A stretch of DNA of 64,000 nucleotides from Patescibacteria group bacterium (GCA_041671645.1 JBAZBD010000001.1:735234-799233), one strand, 5' to 3'. Shown: positions 27,055-37,523, counted from the first letter of the stretch. Translations and numbers: made by a program. Notes: generated by a model from the sequence alone, not told the origin.

Positions 27055-27612
27055 TTAGATTATATTCCGCAAGGCTTCCTCAAGCAAGTTTAGAGCTTTT
27101 TCGTAATACGGAGCGGCAAGCTCTTTTGCCTTCTTTGAGGAGATTCTCTCGTACATCCATCGGAATTTGTCTCGCATTTCCGAGCCTGGAACTTCGCCGA
27201 GGTGGCCGACGTGTCTAGGCGCATTTACTTCTAGATAGCTTAAAGAGTCTGCGTCTTTGAGCAGATTTTGATCGTCCGTCCCCCCAATTTCATGTTTTGA
27301 GATTATTTCTTTGACAGAATCAGCCAAACTGCTATCAGCAAACTCATGTATGATAAAATCATACATTATGGCCGCGCTTTTTTCTTGATGCTCGGTTAGC
27401 TGTTCTGGCTTTTCATACATTAATCTCATTCGATCGCCCTTGTCTTTTTTGAATGCTCGCTCGACATCATGGCCATAGGCGGCAATTTGCAGAGCCAAGC
27501 TAGCATCGGGCTTTAGCACGAACAACCAATGCAAAGTCTGAACATAATGTGCCTTCTTGCCCCCAAACGAGTCGTTAACGAATTTGACAGTCTTTTGTAG
27601 TGTGTCTTCCAT
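27055..27612 (-). CDS. HD-domain phosphohydrolase
   Basis: H...HD metal-binding motif (AAYGHDVERA); 185 aa. Confidence 0.7.
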   Translation of the reverse strand: MEDTLQKTVKFVNDSFGGKKAHYVQTLHWLFVLKPDASLALQIAAYGHDVERAFKKDKGDRMRLMYEKPEQLTEHQEKSAAIMYDFIIHEFADSSLADSVKEIISKHEIGGTDDQNLLKDADSLSYLEVNAPRHVGHLGEVPGSEMRDKFRWMYERISSKKAKELAAPYYEKALNLLEEALRNII

Positions 27613-27620
27613 ACATGTAT

Positions 27621-28535
27621 CTAATTATTTAATAAATATGTGCCCAAGAATATAATGCCGATCGCTACAATTTTCTGCACCAAATTTCTCTTCGAGAGTG
27701 TTTCGTGAGCAAGTTTGGGAGTGAGGAGCGTTAAAATTACGCCGAAAAGCAAAACGAAGAATGGCTGGAGACCGTTGCTCACCACTGATACAACTGCAAG
27801 TGGCATAAGTAGCATGGCGAAAGTAAATATAAGTCCAGCGGCGACGTTGATAATTTCGTTGAAGAAAGTAATACTGAGAATGAAGGATTTGCTCTGACTG
27901 ATTATCTCGATGAAAACTTTCTTCCAGCTTGGGTTGAGGGAAAATACGACGAGACCGGCGATGAAAAGACCCAAGAAGTCCCAAAATTGCGTGTTCCAAT
28001 AGTTGCTCTCTACAGCCACATATTTGAAAGCCAGACCGTTCACCGCGGTGACAGCCGTGCAAAGAAGCATGGGTAGGATAACATGCATCTTGAACTTGAA
28101 TTTGTTGCCGACCGATTCAATGGTCAAGATCAGTGACCCTGCTATGACCAGTATGCAAGCAAATATTTGTCCACTGGTCAGATATTCATTTAGGAAAAAC
28201 ATCCCCAAAAAGTAGCGAAAAATTGGAATCAGCTGGAAAAGCGGGACGACAACCGAAGGGCTATCTTTCTTGAGAGCCAGCAGGTAAAGATACCCACTCA
28301 GGAAACTGGCCGCCCCAGAGACAAGCATGATCAAAGCTGACTTGGGGTCCGTAGAGATGGAGCCAAAACGAAAAAGCAAAACGTAAAGAGAAACTAATAT
28401 TCCAAAAAATGAGGTAAATAACATAAAAGGACCGCCGTCGCGGTTCTTGAAAAACTTGCCCAGAATATATTTGTCGATATGATTCGAAAGCGCCCAGAGG
28501 GCTGGTGGAATAATAGAAAATATTAGCCAATTCAT
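27621..28535 (-). CDS. EamA/DMT-superfamily transporter (10 TM)
   Basis: Duplicated 5-TM EamA-like halves; PALWALSNHIDKY near the N-terminus. Start placed at MNWLIF. Confidence 0.6.
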   Translation of the reverse strand: MNWLIFSIIPPALWALSNHIDKYILGKFFKNRDGGPFMLFTSFFGILVSLYVLLFRFGSISTDPKSALIMLVSGAASFLSGYLYLLALKKDSPSVVVPLFQLIPIFRYFLGMFFLNEYLTSGQIFACILVIAGSLILTIESVGNKFKFKMHVILPMLLCTAVTAVNGLAFKYVAVESNYWNTQFWDFLGLFIAGLVVFSLNPSWKKVFIEIISQSKSFILSITFFNEIINVAAGLIFTFAMLLMPLAVVSVVSNGLQPFFVLLFGVILTLLTPKLAHETLSKRNLVQKIVAIGIIFLGTYLLNN

Positions 28536-28663
28536 AGACAAATTATACGCTGAATGGGCTTCGTTTTCAATTAAAATACTCTCGCGGATATCGAAGGGAG
28601 CCAAATTGTGATATAAACCCTGCTTGACTTCATCTCGCTTTCGTTATCTGCTAAAATGGATCT

Positions 28664-29461
28664 ATGAACAAGTATTTCAAATACTTTTTGACCTCGATGA
28701 AGGTCAACACCGCCTATACTGGCAATTATTTTCTGCTGGTCACTTTCGACCTGGTCTACTTTTTTGTATTTTTCTCACTTTGGACCTCTGTGTATAAGTC
28801 TGGAAATATCGTCGAGATCTCCGGCTATACACTGTCGGGAATTATTTCATACTATTTCATATCAGAGATTATATTTAAGTTCGCCGATGTGATGAGCTCG
28901 ATATATCTGAACTGGCAAATTTGGTCGGGTTACCTTACAAACGATCTGATCAAGCCATGGAATGTTTTGTCGATCAGTTACATTGATGCTTTTAGCGAAA
29001 AGATCATTAATTTAATCGTCTCACTCCCTGCCACTGTCGTCATGTTCCTTATCGCCAGAGAATTTATTATCTTACCGACAGGCATTAATACTCTCTATCT
29101 CGTAGTCACCATTGCCCTGGGCTTTGTGATGAATTGCGCTTTCAATCTTTGCATCCACGTCCTCTGTCTCAAATTTGGCGATCAAGAATCAAATATCGAG
29201 CTAGCAAACTTTCTGGCCATGTTCTTGGCTGGCGCGTTCTTCCCACTGGCCTTCCTCCCAGTGAAAATTGAGTTTATATTTTCACTCTTGCCGTTCAAAT
29301 ATATCTTCTACGTCCCAGCCAATATTTTTCTTAACAAAATGAACCTTCATGACATTATCATCGCTTGGGCCATGATAATTATGTGGACCCTTGTTTTCAT
29401 CTTGACTTACAAAGTAATTTACAGAAAAACTATAAAATATTACTCAGGAACCGGACGATGA
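28664..29461 (+). CDS. ABC-2 type transporter permease
   Basis: 6-TM membrane protein in an operon with a second permease and the ABC ATPase at 30289. Confidence 0.6.
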   Translation: MNKYFKYFLTSMKVNTAYTGNYFLLVTFDLVYFFVFFSLWTSVYKSGNIVEISGYTLSGIISYYFISEIIFKFADVMSSIYLNWQIWSGYLTNDLIKPWNVLSISYIDAFSEKIINLIVSLPATVVMFLIAREFIILPTGINTLYLVVTIALGFVMNCAFNLCIHVLCLKFGDQESNIELANFLAMFLAGAFFPLAFLPVKIEFIFSLLPFKYIFYVPANIFLNKMNLHDIIIAWAMIIMWTLVFILTYKVIYRKTIKYYSGTGR

Positions 29462-30246
29462 GAAAATTCTGGAGAATAAATCTTATTATTTGGCGAAACG
29501 CCTTGATCCGAGATTCGAAGATCTCTGGCTTTATTTTGTCGAGCATTATTTTCCAAGTTTTGGATATCGTGAACTCGGTAGTGTTTATCCTTCTAATCTT
29601 CATGCACACCAAGACTTTGGGCGGATGGGATATATACCAAGTTCTCTTCCTCTATGCCTTCTCGCAAACAATCAGTATCATACACGGGGCGTGGACCAAG
29701 GGCGGCCTCAACTCGCTCGCAAACGAGCTAATCCGGCTTGGCGACTATGATTTTTACCGGACAAAACCATTTGATGCGATGACACTGGTCTCGATCAGCA
29801 AACCGAGAGCCTATGCCTTGATCAAACTATTGTTTAATTTTTCGATCCTGATCTTCGCCCTGGTTCACTGTGGACCATTGCCGCTAATCAATTATTTTTG
29901 GTTTTTGATTTTATTCATACTTTCCTTCTTCCTTTACTACGCCATCAAAATTGTCACCGTCGTTCCGTCGTTTTGGGTGATCAAGAGTTGGGGGCTGACC
30001 GATTTGATGGATAAGCTCTCCAATCTGATGCGCTATCCCGCTAGTGTCTATCCCTGGCTTCTCAATTTCCTGCTCTCGACCGTTTTTCCAATTTTGGCCA
30101 TTACATATTTGCCGGTTAAGACTCTGCTATTCGAGCCAAAGTTAAGCCAGATCGCCTATATGTTTGCGCTTACAGCGATATTCATGCTGATCGCCAGACT
30201 TATCTGGCGCCTGGGAGAAAAACGCTATGGCAGCGCATCCAGTTAG
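29458..30246 (+). CDS. ABC-2 type transporter permease (second subunit)
   Basis: Start ATG overlaps the upstream stop (ATGA); multi-TM. Confidence 0.6.
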   Translation: MRKFWRINLIIWRNALIRDSKISGFILSSIIFQVLDIVNSVVFILLIFMHTKTLGGWDIYQVLFLYAFSQTISIIHGAWTKGGLNSLANELIRLGDYDFYRTKPFDAMTLVSISKPRAYALIKLLFNFSILIFALVHCGPLPLINYFWFLILFILSFFLYYAIKIVTVVPSFWVIKSWGLTDLMDKLSNLMRYPASVYPWLLNFLLSTVFPILAITYLPVKTLLFEPKLSQIAYMFALTAIFMLIARLIWRLGEKRYGSASS

Positions 30247-30288
30247 TTTAAAGTAAAAAGTTAAAAGTATAAAGTTAATAAGGAATAT

Positions 30289-31242
30289 ATGAACATTATT
30301 TCAGCAAAAGGAATTACAAAAAATTTCAGCAAGTCAAAGTTTGACTGGCGACATTTGAAAATTAACAAAGAAGACCATATCGCCGTCAGTGGTCTCGATC
30401 TTGAAATTGAAGAGGGCGAGTTCGTCGGTTTTTTGGGGCCCAACGGCGCCGGCAAAACAACTTTTCTGAAGATCCTATCGGGGATTGTGCACCCGACAAA
30501 AGGTGAAGCCAAAGTATTGGGATTTGTCCCCTGGGCCAGAGATTATAAATATCTCCGCCAGATCGCCATCGTGATGGGCCAGAAAAATCAACTTTGGTGG
30601 GATATCCCAGCGATTGATTCCTACCAAATGCTTCAGGCCGTCTACGACATTCCAAATGATATTTATAAGAAAAATCTGGATGAGATGGTAACGGCGCTGG
30701 ACATGAAGGAGCTTTTGACCAAACGGCTTCGAGAGATGTCGCTCGGAGAGAGAATGAAGTGCGAGTTAGTCGCCTGCTTCTTGCATAATCCGAAAGTGAT
30801 ATTTCTGGACGAACCGACGATTGGGCTGGATGTTGTCTCATCGCAGACAATTCGCGCTTTTTTGAAAAAAATTAATCGCGAGAAAAAGTGCACGCTCATC
30901 CTGACCAGCCACTACATGGGTGATATCGAAGAGCTTTGCGAAAGAGTCGTCATAATTAATAAAGGGCAAAAGGTCTACGACGGTAATCTCAATAAGCTGA
31001 AAGAACAGTACGCGCCAGAAAAAATCATCGAGATTTATCTCGAAACAATAGAGGAAAAGAAAAAATTCGCGCATCTAGACACCGCCAAGAAGAAGCTTGA
31101 TGGCCACAAGGGAATTATAAGAGTTAAGAAAACTGAGCTAGGGCAGATAGTCAAAGAAGTATATAGCACTTTTGACGCCGAAAATATTTCAATCAGCGAC
31201 CCTGATATGGAAGAAATAGTACGAAAAATATTTAAACAATAA
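30289..31242 (+). CDS. ABC transporter ATP-binding protein
   Basis: Walker A GPNGAGKTT; signature-like LSLGERMK; Walker B IFLDEPT; H-loop TSH. Confidence 0.85.
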   Translation: MNIISAKGITKNFSKSKFDWRHLKINKEDHIAVSGLDLEIEEGEFVGFLGPNGAGKTTFLKILSGIVHPTKGEAKVLGFVPWARDYKYLRQIAIVMGQKNQLWWDIPAIDSYQMLQAVYDIPNDIYKKNLDEMVTALDMKELLTKRLREMSLGERMKCELVACFLHNPKVIFLDEPTIGLDVVSSQTIRAFLKKINREKKCTLILTSHYMGDIEELCERVVIINKGQKVYDGNLNKLKEQYAPEKIIEIYLETIEEKKKFAHLDTAKKKLDGHKGIIRVKKTELGQIVKEVYSTFDAENISISDPDMEEIVRKIFKQ

Positions 31243-31266
31243 GCGTTAGGCTGATAAAATATTCGC

Positions 31267-31650
31267 TTATTTGGCTTTATCCAATATCGATTTGATTTTG
31301 TTGACAACGTCCAGCGGCAAGGCTTCCGATTTGGCGATGTAATCAGCCGCGCCGAGGCTTATGCCCTGTCGTTTCTTCTGCTCATCTGATAGTGCGGAGA
31401 GAACAATAACGGGGATACCGGCCGTTTCCGGATTAGCTTTGATCTGCTTCAATACATCAAAACCGTTGATCTTGGGCATCATCACATCCAGCAACACTAT
31501 ACTTGGTTTCGAAGACTTAACCTGTGATAGAGCCTCCTCGCCGTCCTTTGCCTCGACAACAATAGCGCCCTCGGCCTTGATCCGAGCGACATACATTTCG
31601 AGCAACATTGGGTCATCGTCAACGATCAGAACAACATATCCTTCTAGCAT
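31267..31650 (-). CDS. Single-domain response regulator (CheY-like receiver)
   Basis: DDD acidic pocket (IVDDD), phospho-acceptor Asp in LLDVMMP, conserved Lys; 127 aa. Confidence 0.8.
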   Translation of the reverse strand: MLEGYVVLIVDDDPMLLEMYVARIKAEGAIVVEAKDGEEALSQVKSSKPSIVLLDVMMPKINGFDVLKQIKANPETAGIPVIVLSALSDEQKKRQGISLGAADYIAKSEALPLDVVNKIKSILDKAK

Positions 31651-31664
31651 ATAAACCTCTCGAT

Positions 31665-33293
31665 TTAATATTCCATTTCTTCTTTTTTGTTGTTCACAAA
31701 TTTGAGCCAGGAATTTAGAAGTTTGATAATAGTCTTGAGCGGAGCTTCGATAATAAAGTCGAGGAACAGGATAGCCGGGTTGAAAGCGGCGAATCGGTCT
31801 GAAATATGTCTGCCTATCTTGATAAACGGCAGGAAAGCTAGCTCGACTATTGTAGTAATCGCGTCATCTCGGGATCGTTTCATTGCCAATTCTAGAGCAA
31901 TATTTCTGATTCTAAATGAGAAAAATGAAACAACAGAGACGAAGAAGAAGAAAAAGAAGATGCTGACAATGTTGAACTTGAGCCAAAGAAGCAACCAGAT
32001 CGCCATCGCGAGGATAGTCAATGTGAGCAATGTATAGATAGCGTTAAAAACAATGAACGACGTTGGCTTCCGGGTCGAGACGAGAGGGACTGGTTTTTCC
32101 AAAATTTTGTCCCCGGAGATAATCTCATTTGCAGTTTTGGCAATCAGAATTTGATTTTTGGCCGGTGGTGTCTTGATGAAGGTGCCAGCCAGGAGCATCA
32201 GGATCGGCGGTAGTGATACATTGATAATGAGGGAGGTATAATCGACGTGCCCAGCAAAAAACTTGTCGAAAGGCACCTCTACGAAGAAAGCGAGGGAAAT
32301 CTTGGTAATAAAAATGAAGATCAAGGCGCGAATAGTACCGCGCATGACCTTCTCTCGTCCCTTTTTGACCAAAATGTCATATTCATGCATCATCGCATCA
32401 TGAAGAACAGAAGGCTTGTCTTTCATCCGCTGAAGGTCAAAGTTCTTAGTCGAAAGCACACTCTTGAGCAAGATAAAAGGTGGAATAAACCGTTTGGTGA
32501 AGCCCTGGTAGTTCTTGCGAAGTGGATGATTTAGAACACGTTCGATTTTGTTGTAGAATGGATCGAAGCTACGGCAAGACCCCTTCAGCTCCTCCAGGTC
32601 CATGTCATTCCAGTTCGGGTATACGTGTTCGAGTATCCAATATTCGGCCAAAGGATAATCAGGCTTGAAAAGCGAATTATAGATTACGATCTTGAGCTGA
32701 AGTTCGTTGTCGCTTTCTAGGACTTTGCTGTCAGTAAGATCAAGATTTTTCTTCAAAAAGTTATAGGTAAAATCTATCAGAAGATTTTTTTCTGGCTCGG
32801 GCCGGAAAATCTCATCTAGCGCACAGCCGAACCAATCGATGATTTTGCGCTGCAGATCTTGTTTCTTGAATCTGCCAGAACGTGCGACATGTAAAACTGT
32901 AAGATATCGTTCGATGACAGTCTTGATTGCGGCGACTTCAGAATCAACCAATTTTTCGGGATTGAGGTAATTTGCCCAGGCCAACTCACTGATCAAATCG
33001 CTAAATAGATTCTCTGCAGTAATACTGGGGGAAAGCGCGTATTTTCGGCGTAGTATTCGGGTGATAGCATTTTTGAATACCAAATGCTCTTCTTGGTATT
33101 CGACTGCAACACGGAGCTTCTCATAAACGAGGGCGGTACCGATTGTCTTGTCGTTGTCCCTCTCAAGATTCTTGGCTCCAGTAAAAAGACGGCGATACTC
33201 CTCGAGGAGATTTTCGGTATCTTTTGCTAGAAATTGTGGTTTTCTTTCGTCCATGCGGATACTATAGCCTAAACTGGCTTTCTTTTCAAACAT
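31665..33293 (-). CDS. Large hypothetical protein with C-terminal TM helices, co-operonic with the response regulator
   Basis: 542 aa; no H-box or HATPase motifs, so not a canonical histidine kinase. The poly-Phe tract is encoded by a (GAA)n-type run on the + strand. Confidence 0.55.
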   Translation of the reverse strand: MFEKKASLGYSIRMDERKPQFLAKDTENLLEEYRRLFTGAKNLERDNDKTIGTALVYEKLRVAVEYQEEHLVFKNAITRILRRKYALSPSITAENLFSDLISELAWANYLNPEKLVDSEVAAIKTVIERYLTVLHVARSGRFKKQDLQRKIIDWFGCALDEIFRPEPEKNLLIDFTYNFLKKNLDLTDSKVLESDNELQLKIVIYNSLFKPDYPLAEYWILEHVYPNWNDMDLEELKGSCRSFDPFYNKIERVLNHPLRKNYQGFTKRFIPPFILLKSVLSTKNFDLQRMKDKPSVLHDAMMHEYDILVKKGREKVMRGTIRALIFIFITKISLAFFVEVPFDKFFAGHVDYTSLIINVSLPPILMLLAGTFIKTPPAKNQILIAKTANEIISGDKILEKPVPLVSTRKPTSFIVFNAIYTLLTLTILAMAIWLLLWLKFNIVSIFFFFFFVSVVSFFSFRIRNIALELAMKRSRDDAITTIVELAFLPFIKIGRHISDRFAAFNPAILFLDFIIEAPLKTIIKLLNSWLKFVNNKKEEMEY

Positions 33294-33318
33294 GTGTTAA
33301 ATTGGTACATTAAATTAT

Positions 33319-34269
33319 ATGAAACATATACCAGTATTAAAAAATGAAATTGTCAGCGCTTTCGGCTATCTCTCGAAGAGAGCAGTCTTTGTCGATGGCA
33401 CGCTTGGGGCGGCGGGACATTCGATCGCGATAGCAATCGAATCAAAAGTCAAAAGTCAAAATTCGAAAGTCATTGGGATTGATAAGGATACGACAGCGCT
33501 TGAGATTGCGAAAGAGAATATTGATAAAGCTGGGCTCAGCGATAACTTTGTACTCGTTCACGATGATTTTAAGAATATCAAACAGATTCTGACCGACCAG
33601 GGAATTGAAAAAATTGATGGCGCTCTGCTAGATCTTGGAGTTTCGTCCATGCAACTCGACGAGAGAGCGCGTGGATTTTCTTTTAATGATTTGGATCAAA
33701 ATATCGATATGCGGATGGATCAGTCAGCGGGAAGATCTGCGGCTGAAATTCTAAATATTTATTCAGAAGAAACTCTGGCCAGGATATTGAAGGAGTACGG
33801 GGACGAGAGATACGCCAGAAATATCGCTCGAAATATTCTAGTATTCCGTAAGGACAACAAAATTAAAACTGTAAGAGATTTTGTCGAGATCATCAGCCAC
33901 TCTATCCCCCCAAAAGTCAAAGCTACTAGCAAGATTCACTTCGCCACCAGATCGTTCCAAGCGATTCGAATTGAGGTAAATGCCGAGCTCAGAGATTTGG
34001 ACAAAGCCATATCGAAATATGTTGAATTTTTAAATCCAGGTGGCAAGCTCGCGGTTATTTCTTTCCACTCCCTCGAAGACGAAATTGTCAAAAGAACATT
34101 TCGCAAGCTATCTGGGCTCTGTGAATGCCCACCAAAAATGCCCTGCATATGCGGACAAAACGAGATTATTGAGATACTAACCAGAAAACCCGTTACCGCT
34201 GCTGATCAAGAAATTACCGAAAACCCTCGGTCCCGAAGTGCCAAACTCAGGATCGCGAAGAAAATTTAG
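33319..34269 (+). CDS. rsmH: 16S rRNA (cytosine1402-N4)-methyltransferase RsmH (MraW)
   Basis: Signature DLGVSSMQLD and an N-terminal SAM-binding region; 316 aa. Confidence 0.85.
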   Translation: MKHIPVLKNEIVSAFGYLSKRAVFVDGTLGAAGHSIAIAIESKVKSQNSKVIGIDKDTTALEIAKENIDKAGLSDNFVLVHDDFKNIKQILTDQGIEKIDGALLDLGVSSMQLDERARGFSFNDLDQNIDMRMDQSAGRSAAEILNIYSEETLARILKEYGDERYARNIARNILVFRKDNKIKTVRDFVEIISHSIPPKVKATSKIHFATRSFQAIRIEVNAELRDLDKAISKYVEFLNPGGKLAVISFHSLEDEIVKRTFRKLSGLCECPPKMPCICGQNEIIEILTRKPVTAADQEITENPRSRSAKLRIAKKI

Positions 34270-34296
34270 ACTTAAAATTTGATTTTAATTGATAAT

Positions 34297-34767
34297 TTAG
34301 AACTGTTTTACTCTTCGCTCCGACTCACGCTCCTGCTCTCTTTTTTTCATTACCGCCCGTTTATCATACTCTTTCTTACCACGAGCCAAAGCAATTTCTA
34401 GCTTAGCCTTGCCGCGTTTAATATAGAGTCTGAGTGGAATCAGGGCAAAACCAGCCTGGACAACCTTGCCAGCTAATTTTTCGATTTCAGACTTGTTCAA
34501 AAGTAGTTTTTTTGTGCGCTGAGGCTCGACATTATCGAAATTAAAATTCCCGCCAAGCCAAAAGGCTTCGCCGTGCAATAATTTGAGATATGAACCGGTC
34601 AAATTCACTTTCCTGGCACGAATCGCCTTGATCTCCAGACCAGTTAAGATGATTCCTGCCTCGAACTTTTCGATCATTTCATAATCGAAAAAGGCTTTCT
34701 TGTTGAGAATATTTATTTTTTCGCTAGTCTCGGTCACTAGAGATCCCCCTGATCGAGTCCCACTCTT
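34297..34767 (-). CDS. smpB: SsrA-binding protein SmpB
   Basis: Alignment to SmpB: NKKAFFDYEMIEKFEAGIILTGLEIKAIRA...GEAFWLG...LLL.K.E. Confidence 0.8.
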   Translation of the reverse strand, partial: KSGTRSGGSLVTETSEKINILNKKAFFDYEMIEKFEAGIILTGLEIKAIRARKVNLTGSYLKLLHGEAFWLGGNFNFDNVEPQRTKKLLLNKSEIEKLAGKVVQAGFALIPLRLYIKRGKAKLEIALARGKKEYDKRAVMKKREQERESERRVKQF

Positions 34768-35734
34768 CATAAAGAACAAAGAGGATTCCCGAAACCGGTA
34801 CGGCGAGCAAAGCCCCCGTGATGCCGAGAAGTTTCCCGCCGATCAGAATCGCGACAATGATGATCGCAGGTGGCAGGCCAACTGCTTTTTGCATAATTTT
34901 GGGAACAATCAGATTGTTCTCGACTTGTTGAAGAATTATATAGAAAATTATTGTGAAAAGAGCAGACAACGGAGAAATCGTAAGTGCGACGAGCCCACCG
35001 ATGACTGCCGATAAAACTGGACCGATAATTGGCAAGAATTCTAGGACACCAGCGATGACCGCCAAGGTCAAAGCGTAAGGTATCCCAATCAATGATAGAA
35101 CAATATAGACGAAAGTACCGATAATAAGACCCAAGATCAATTGCCCCCGCATCCAATTACCAATTTTTTGAGACACCTTGTCGGTCAGTCCGACAACCAG
35201 CTCTCGCTTATTGGCAGGGATTAGGCGCCCAAAGTTGTTGCTGAAAAACTTCTCGTCAAGAAGGAAATATAAAGTGAGTACAATGATGGTAAAGAATGAG
35301 ACCACACCGCCGACCAGCGTTGTCGTGAAGCTGATGAAGCTTTGCCCAATATTGCCAAAGCCCTGAAGGAGAGATGACACTCCGTTTTCCAAAGATGGTA
35401 AATGTTCTCTCAAAAATCCAAGTTTCCCAGCGTAACTAGGTAGGTTGTCGATGAGCTGTACGCTCTGAGGAATTAGCGGCGGGAAAACAACATAGACAAA
35501 TGCGGAAATCACAGTCAGCATGATTAGCAACAGGGCTAACACGGAAGGGACCCGGCCGATCCTTTTGCTCCAAGACTTAATCACTGGTCGGAAGGCTGCG
35601 ACGAGAATCAGAACGATAAAGATGAGAACCAAAACATCTTTCAACAAGATCACAAGATAGGCCAACCCGATTACGAGGGCAAGCTTGAAAAATGTTGATA
35701 GCGAAATCTCGATTTTTAATCTTTCTGGTTTCAT
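34724..35734 (-). CDS. AI-2E family (UPF0118/PerM-like) transporter
   Basis: 8-TM architecture with the characteristic Gly-rich C-terminal helices (IIGPVLSAVIGG); 336 aa. Confidence 0.7.
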   Translation of the reverse strand: MKPERLKIEISLSTFFKLALVIGLAYLVILLKDVLVLIFIVLILVAAFRPVIKSWSKRIGRVPSVLALLLIMLTVISAFVYVVFPPLIPQSVQLIDNLPSYAGKLGFLREHLPSLENGVSSLLQGFGNIGQSFISFTTTLVGGVVSFFTIIVLTLYFLLDEKFFSNNFGRLIPANKRELVVGLTDKVSQKIGNWMRGQLILGLIIGTFVYIVLSLIGIPYALTLAVIAGVLEFLPIIGPVLSAVIGGLVALTISPLSALFTIIFYIILQQVENNLIVPKIMQKAVGLPPAIIIVAILIGGKLLGITGALLAVPVSGILFVLYEEWDSIRGISSDRD

Positions 35735-35746
35735 ATTTCCCTTATA

Positions 35747-36391
35747 TTAGTTTGACACTATTTTAGCATACTTGAATGTGAAATCGCGACTGCTTTTTGG
35801 CAATGTCATTGTTTCGAGTTCAATCACTGCGATGTCTTTGTTTTTCATGTTGAGCTGTTCCAATATCCCGCCACGTCGCTCGATGGCGGATTTGAGCAAC
35901 TGGCTATTACCCAAAACCGTCACATCGAAGCTCTGATCTGGGGAGAATTGATAAAGGTCGGAATACAAAGTCAGCCTAGTCCCGTTGACCGAAATAAGGC
36001 CGGACCCGATGTTCTTGATCGCGTTGACGAGATCAACTAATTCTGGGGTGGAGAGTTTGCCTTTGATATTTATCGAGACACCCTGGCCGGTAGCTGGCAG
36101 GGAGCCATTGAGCACCTCGAATTTATCTAGATCAGATTGGTACCTCTGCCTCAGCTCCAAATTTGATTGTGAAACATTCTTGTAGGCGTCCAAGTCCCCG
36201 GTCAGTCTCTTCACCTCTTGCCTTAGATCTGAATTTGATTTGTTCAGCTTGGTGACTTCAAGAGCCAAGACAGCACTGTTTTCTGGCTCGATCAAAAGCT
36301 TGGTCTTCCTGGTTGAAATAACTTGCGAGAAAATGATCGCTCCGAACAGGAAACAGACAAATGAAATTATATAAAAATCATACTTTTTCAT
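35747..36391 (-). CDS. DUF881-like membrane-anchored protein (paralog 1)
   Basis: N-terminal TM, coiled coil, then GQGVSINIKG...ISVNGTRL block similar to DUF881. Confidence 0.5.
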   Translation of the reverse strand: MKKYDFYIISFVCFLFGAIIFSQVISTRKTKLLIEPENSAVLALEVTKLNKSNSDLRQEVKRLTGDLDAYKNVSQSNLELRQRYQSDLDKFEVLNGSLPATGQGVSINIKGKLSTPELVDLVNAIKNIGSGLISVNGTRLTLYSDLYQFSPDQSFDVTVLGNSQLLKSAIERRGGILEQLNMKNKDIAVIELETMTLPKSSRDFTFKYAKIVSN

Positions 36392-37113
36392 ATATTCGAC
36401 CCCGCTGTGTTTACGGCATTTTCCGAAGAGCCAGTATAGATTGGAACTGTAATGTCATTGTTCATTACTGTTTCGAATACCAACTTCTTGTCCAGATGAC
36501 GATGATGTAAGTCGCTCAAGATATTTTGGTCGGAGAGTTTGCTGAACAAGATTTCCTCGGGACCGATCGCTTCGATGCGAAATGGCGTAGCTAGGCGAAC
36601 ATCATTGATTAGAATTGTATTGACGATGCAATCTATTGCAGTGTTCACGACTACCCGCTGGCCGTTGACCGATATCGCCTCTGCGCCGTTGGCCCACATC
36701 AGGTAGACGACATCTCTCAAATCGGCAGCGTGGACAATATTCTCTTCCGTCACGGTGCCGGATTTGCTGTCGTCAAGAGTGACTATGACTCCGGACCCGT
36801 TTAATTTTGTCACCCCAGCATTCGCCTTTTTCAGATTCAAATCAGCGATTTCCTGCCTACTAAGAACTTTCCCCTCGTTTACGGCTTGAAATTCAGCGAT
36901 CTGCTGGTGAAGGGCCTCAATCTCTTGTTTTAGTTCACTCTGTTCGCCAGAAAGGTCACCCTTTGTTTCCTTGAGGCTGGCGTACGGTGCTATTGGATTT
37001 GAAATAATTGTAGGTAAAGAACGAATTTGGGCAGAGATAAGTACGCCAAACCCTATGCTCAAAATAAGCAAAAGGGATTTTGTAACAATATTTTTGTGAT
37101 TGTTGGATTTCAT
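36388..37113 (-). CDS. DUF881-like membrane-anchored protein (paralog 2)
   Basis: GSGVIVTLDD...LMWANGAEAISVNGQRVV...PFRIEAIG blocks; 4-nt overlap with the downstream paralog. Confidence 0.55.
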   Translation of the reverse strand: MKSNNHKNIVTKSLLLILSIGFGVLISAQIRSLPTIISNPIAPYASLKETKGDLSGEQSELKQEIEALHQQIAEFQAVNEGKVLSRQEIADLNLKKANAGVTKLNGSGVIVTLDDSKSGTVTEENIVHAADLRDVVYLMWANGAEAISVNGQRVVVNTAIDCIVNTILINDVRLATPFRIEAIGPEEILFSKLSDQNILSDLHHRHLDKKLVFETVMNNDITVPIYTGSSENAVNTAGSNI

Positions 37114-37224
37114 CTTCTTGGAGCCAAATATTGGTACCCCTAATGCACTTTGCTTCGAACCTTTATTAGCATGGCTCGACCAACTTATGCGTGCTTACGA
37201 TAAAGAAAAGGACGCTGGATGAAT

Positions 37225-37452
37225 TTATGATAATTCTGAAACATCCAGTGTTTTTATTTTTAACAGTTTCATGATCTTCGCCAGAATATCAAGCGAAGGT
37301 TTCACCTCTCCCCTTTCGAGCCGCGCATAATAATTAACAGTAACGCCAACAACCTCTGCAACTTCTGCTTGTGTAAGATTAGCTGATTCCCTGGCCTTTC
37401 TAAACTTATTGCCAAGATCATTCAAGTTTTTATTACTGTTCAAGTTAGTCAT
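37225..37452 (-). CDS. XRE-family HTH transcriptional regulator
   Basis: LTQAEVAEVVGVTVNYYARLERGE helix-turn-helix; 75 aa. Confidence 0.75.
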   Translation of the reverse strand: MTNLNSNKNLNDLGNKFRKARESANLTQAEVAEVVGVTVNYYARLERGEVKPSLDILAKIMKLLKIKTLDVSELS

Positions 37453-37523
37453 TCTGAGAACAATATACCAAAAATTATTTGAAATAACCAGCTCAAAAAT
37501 TATTAGACAACAAATGGAGGATC

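Noticed and set aside
31665-33293. Possibility that the 542 aa membrane protein is the histidine kinase partner of the adjacent response regulator
   Set aside because: No H-box (phospho-His), N, G1 or G2 ATP-binding motifs recognisable in the translation, so it was left as hypothetical.
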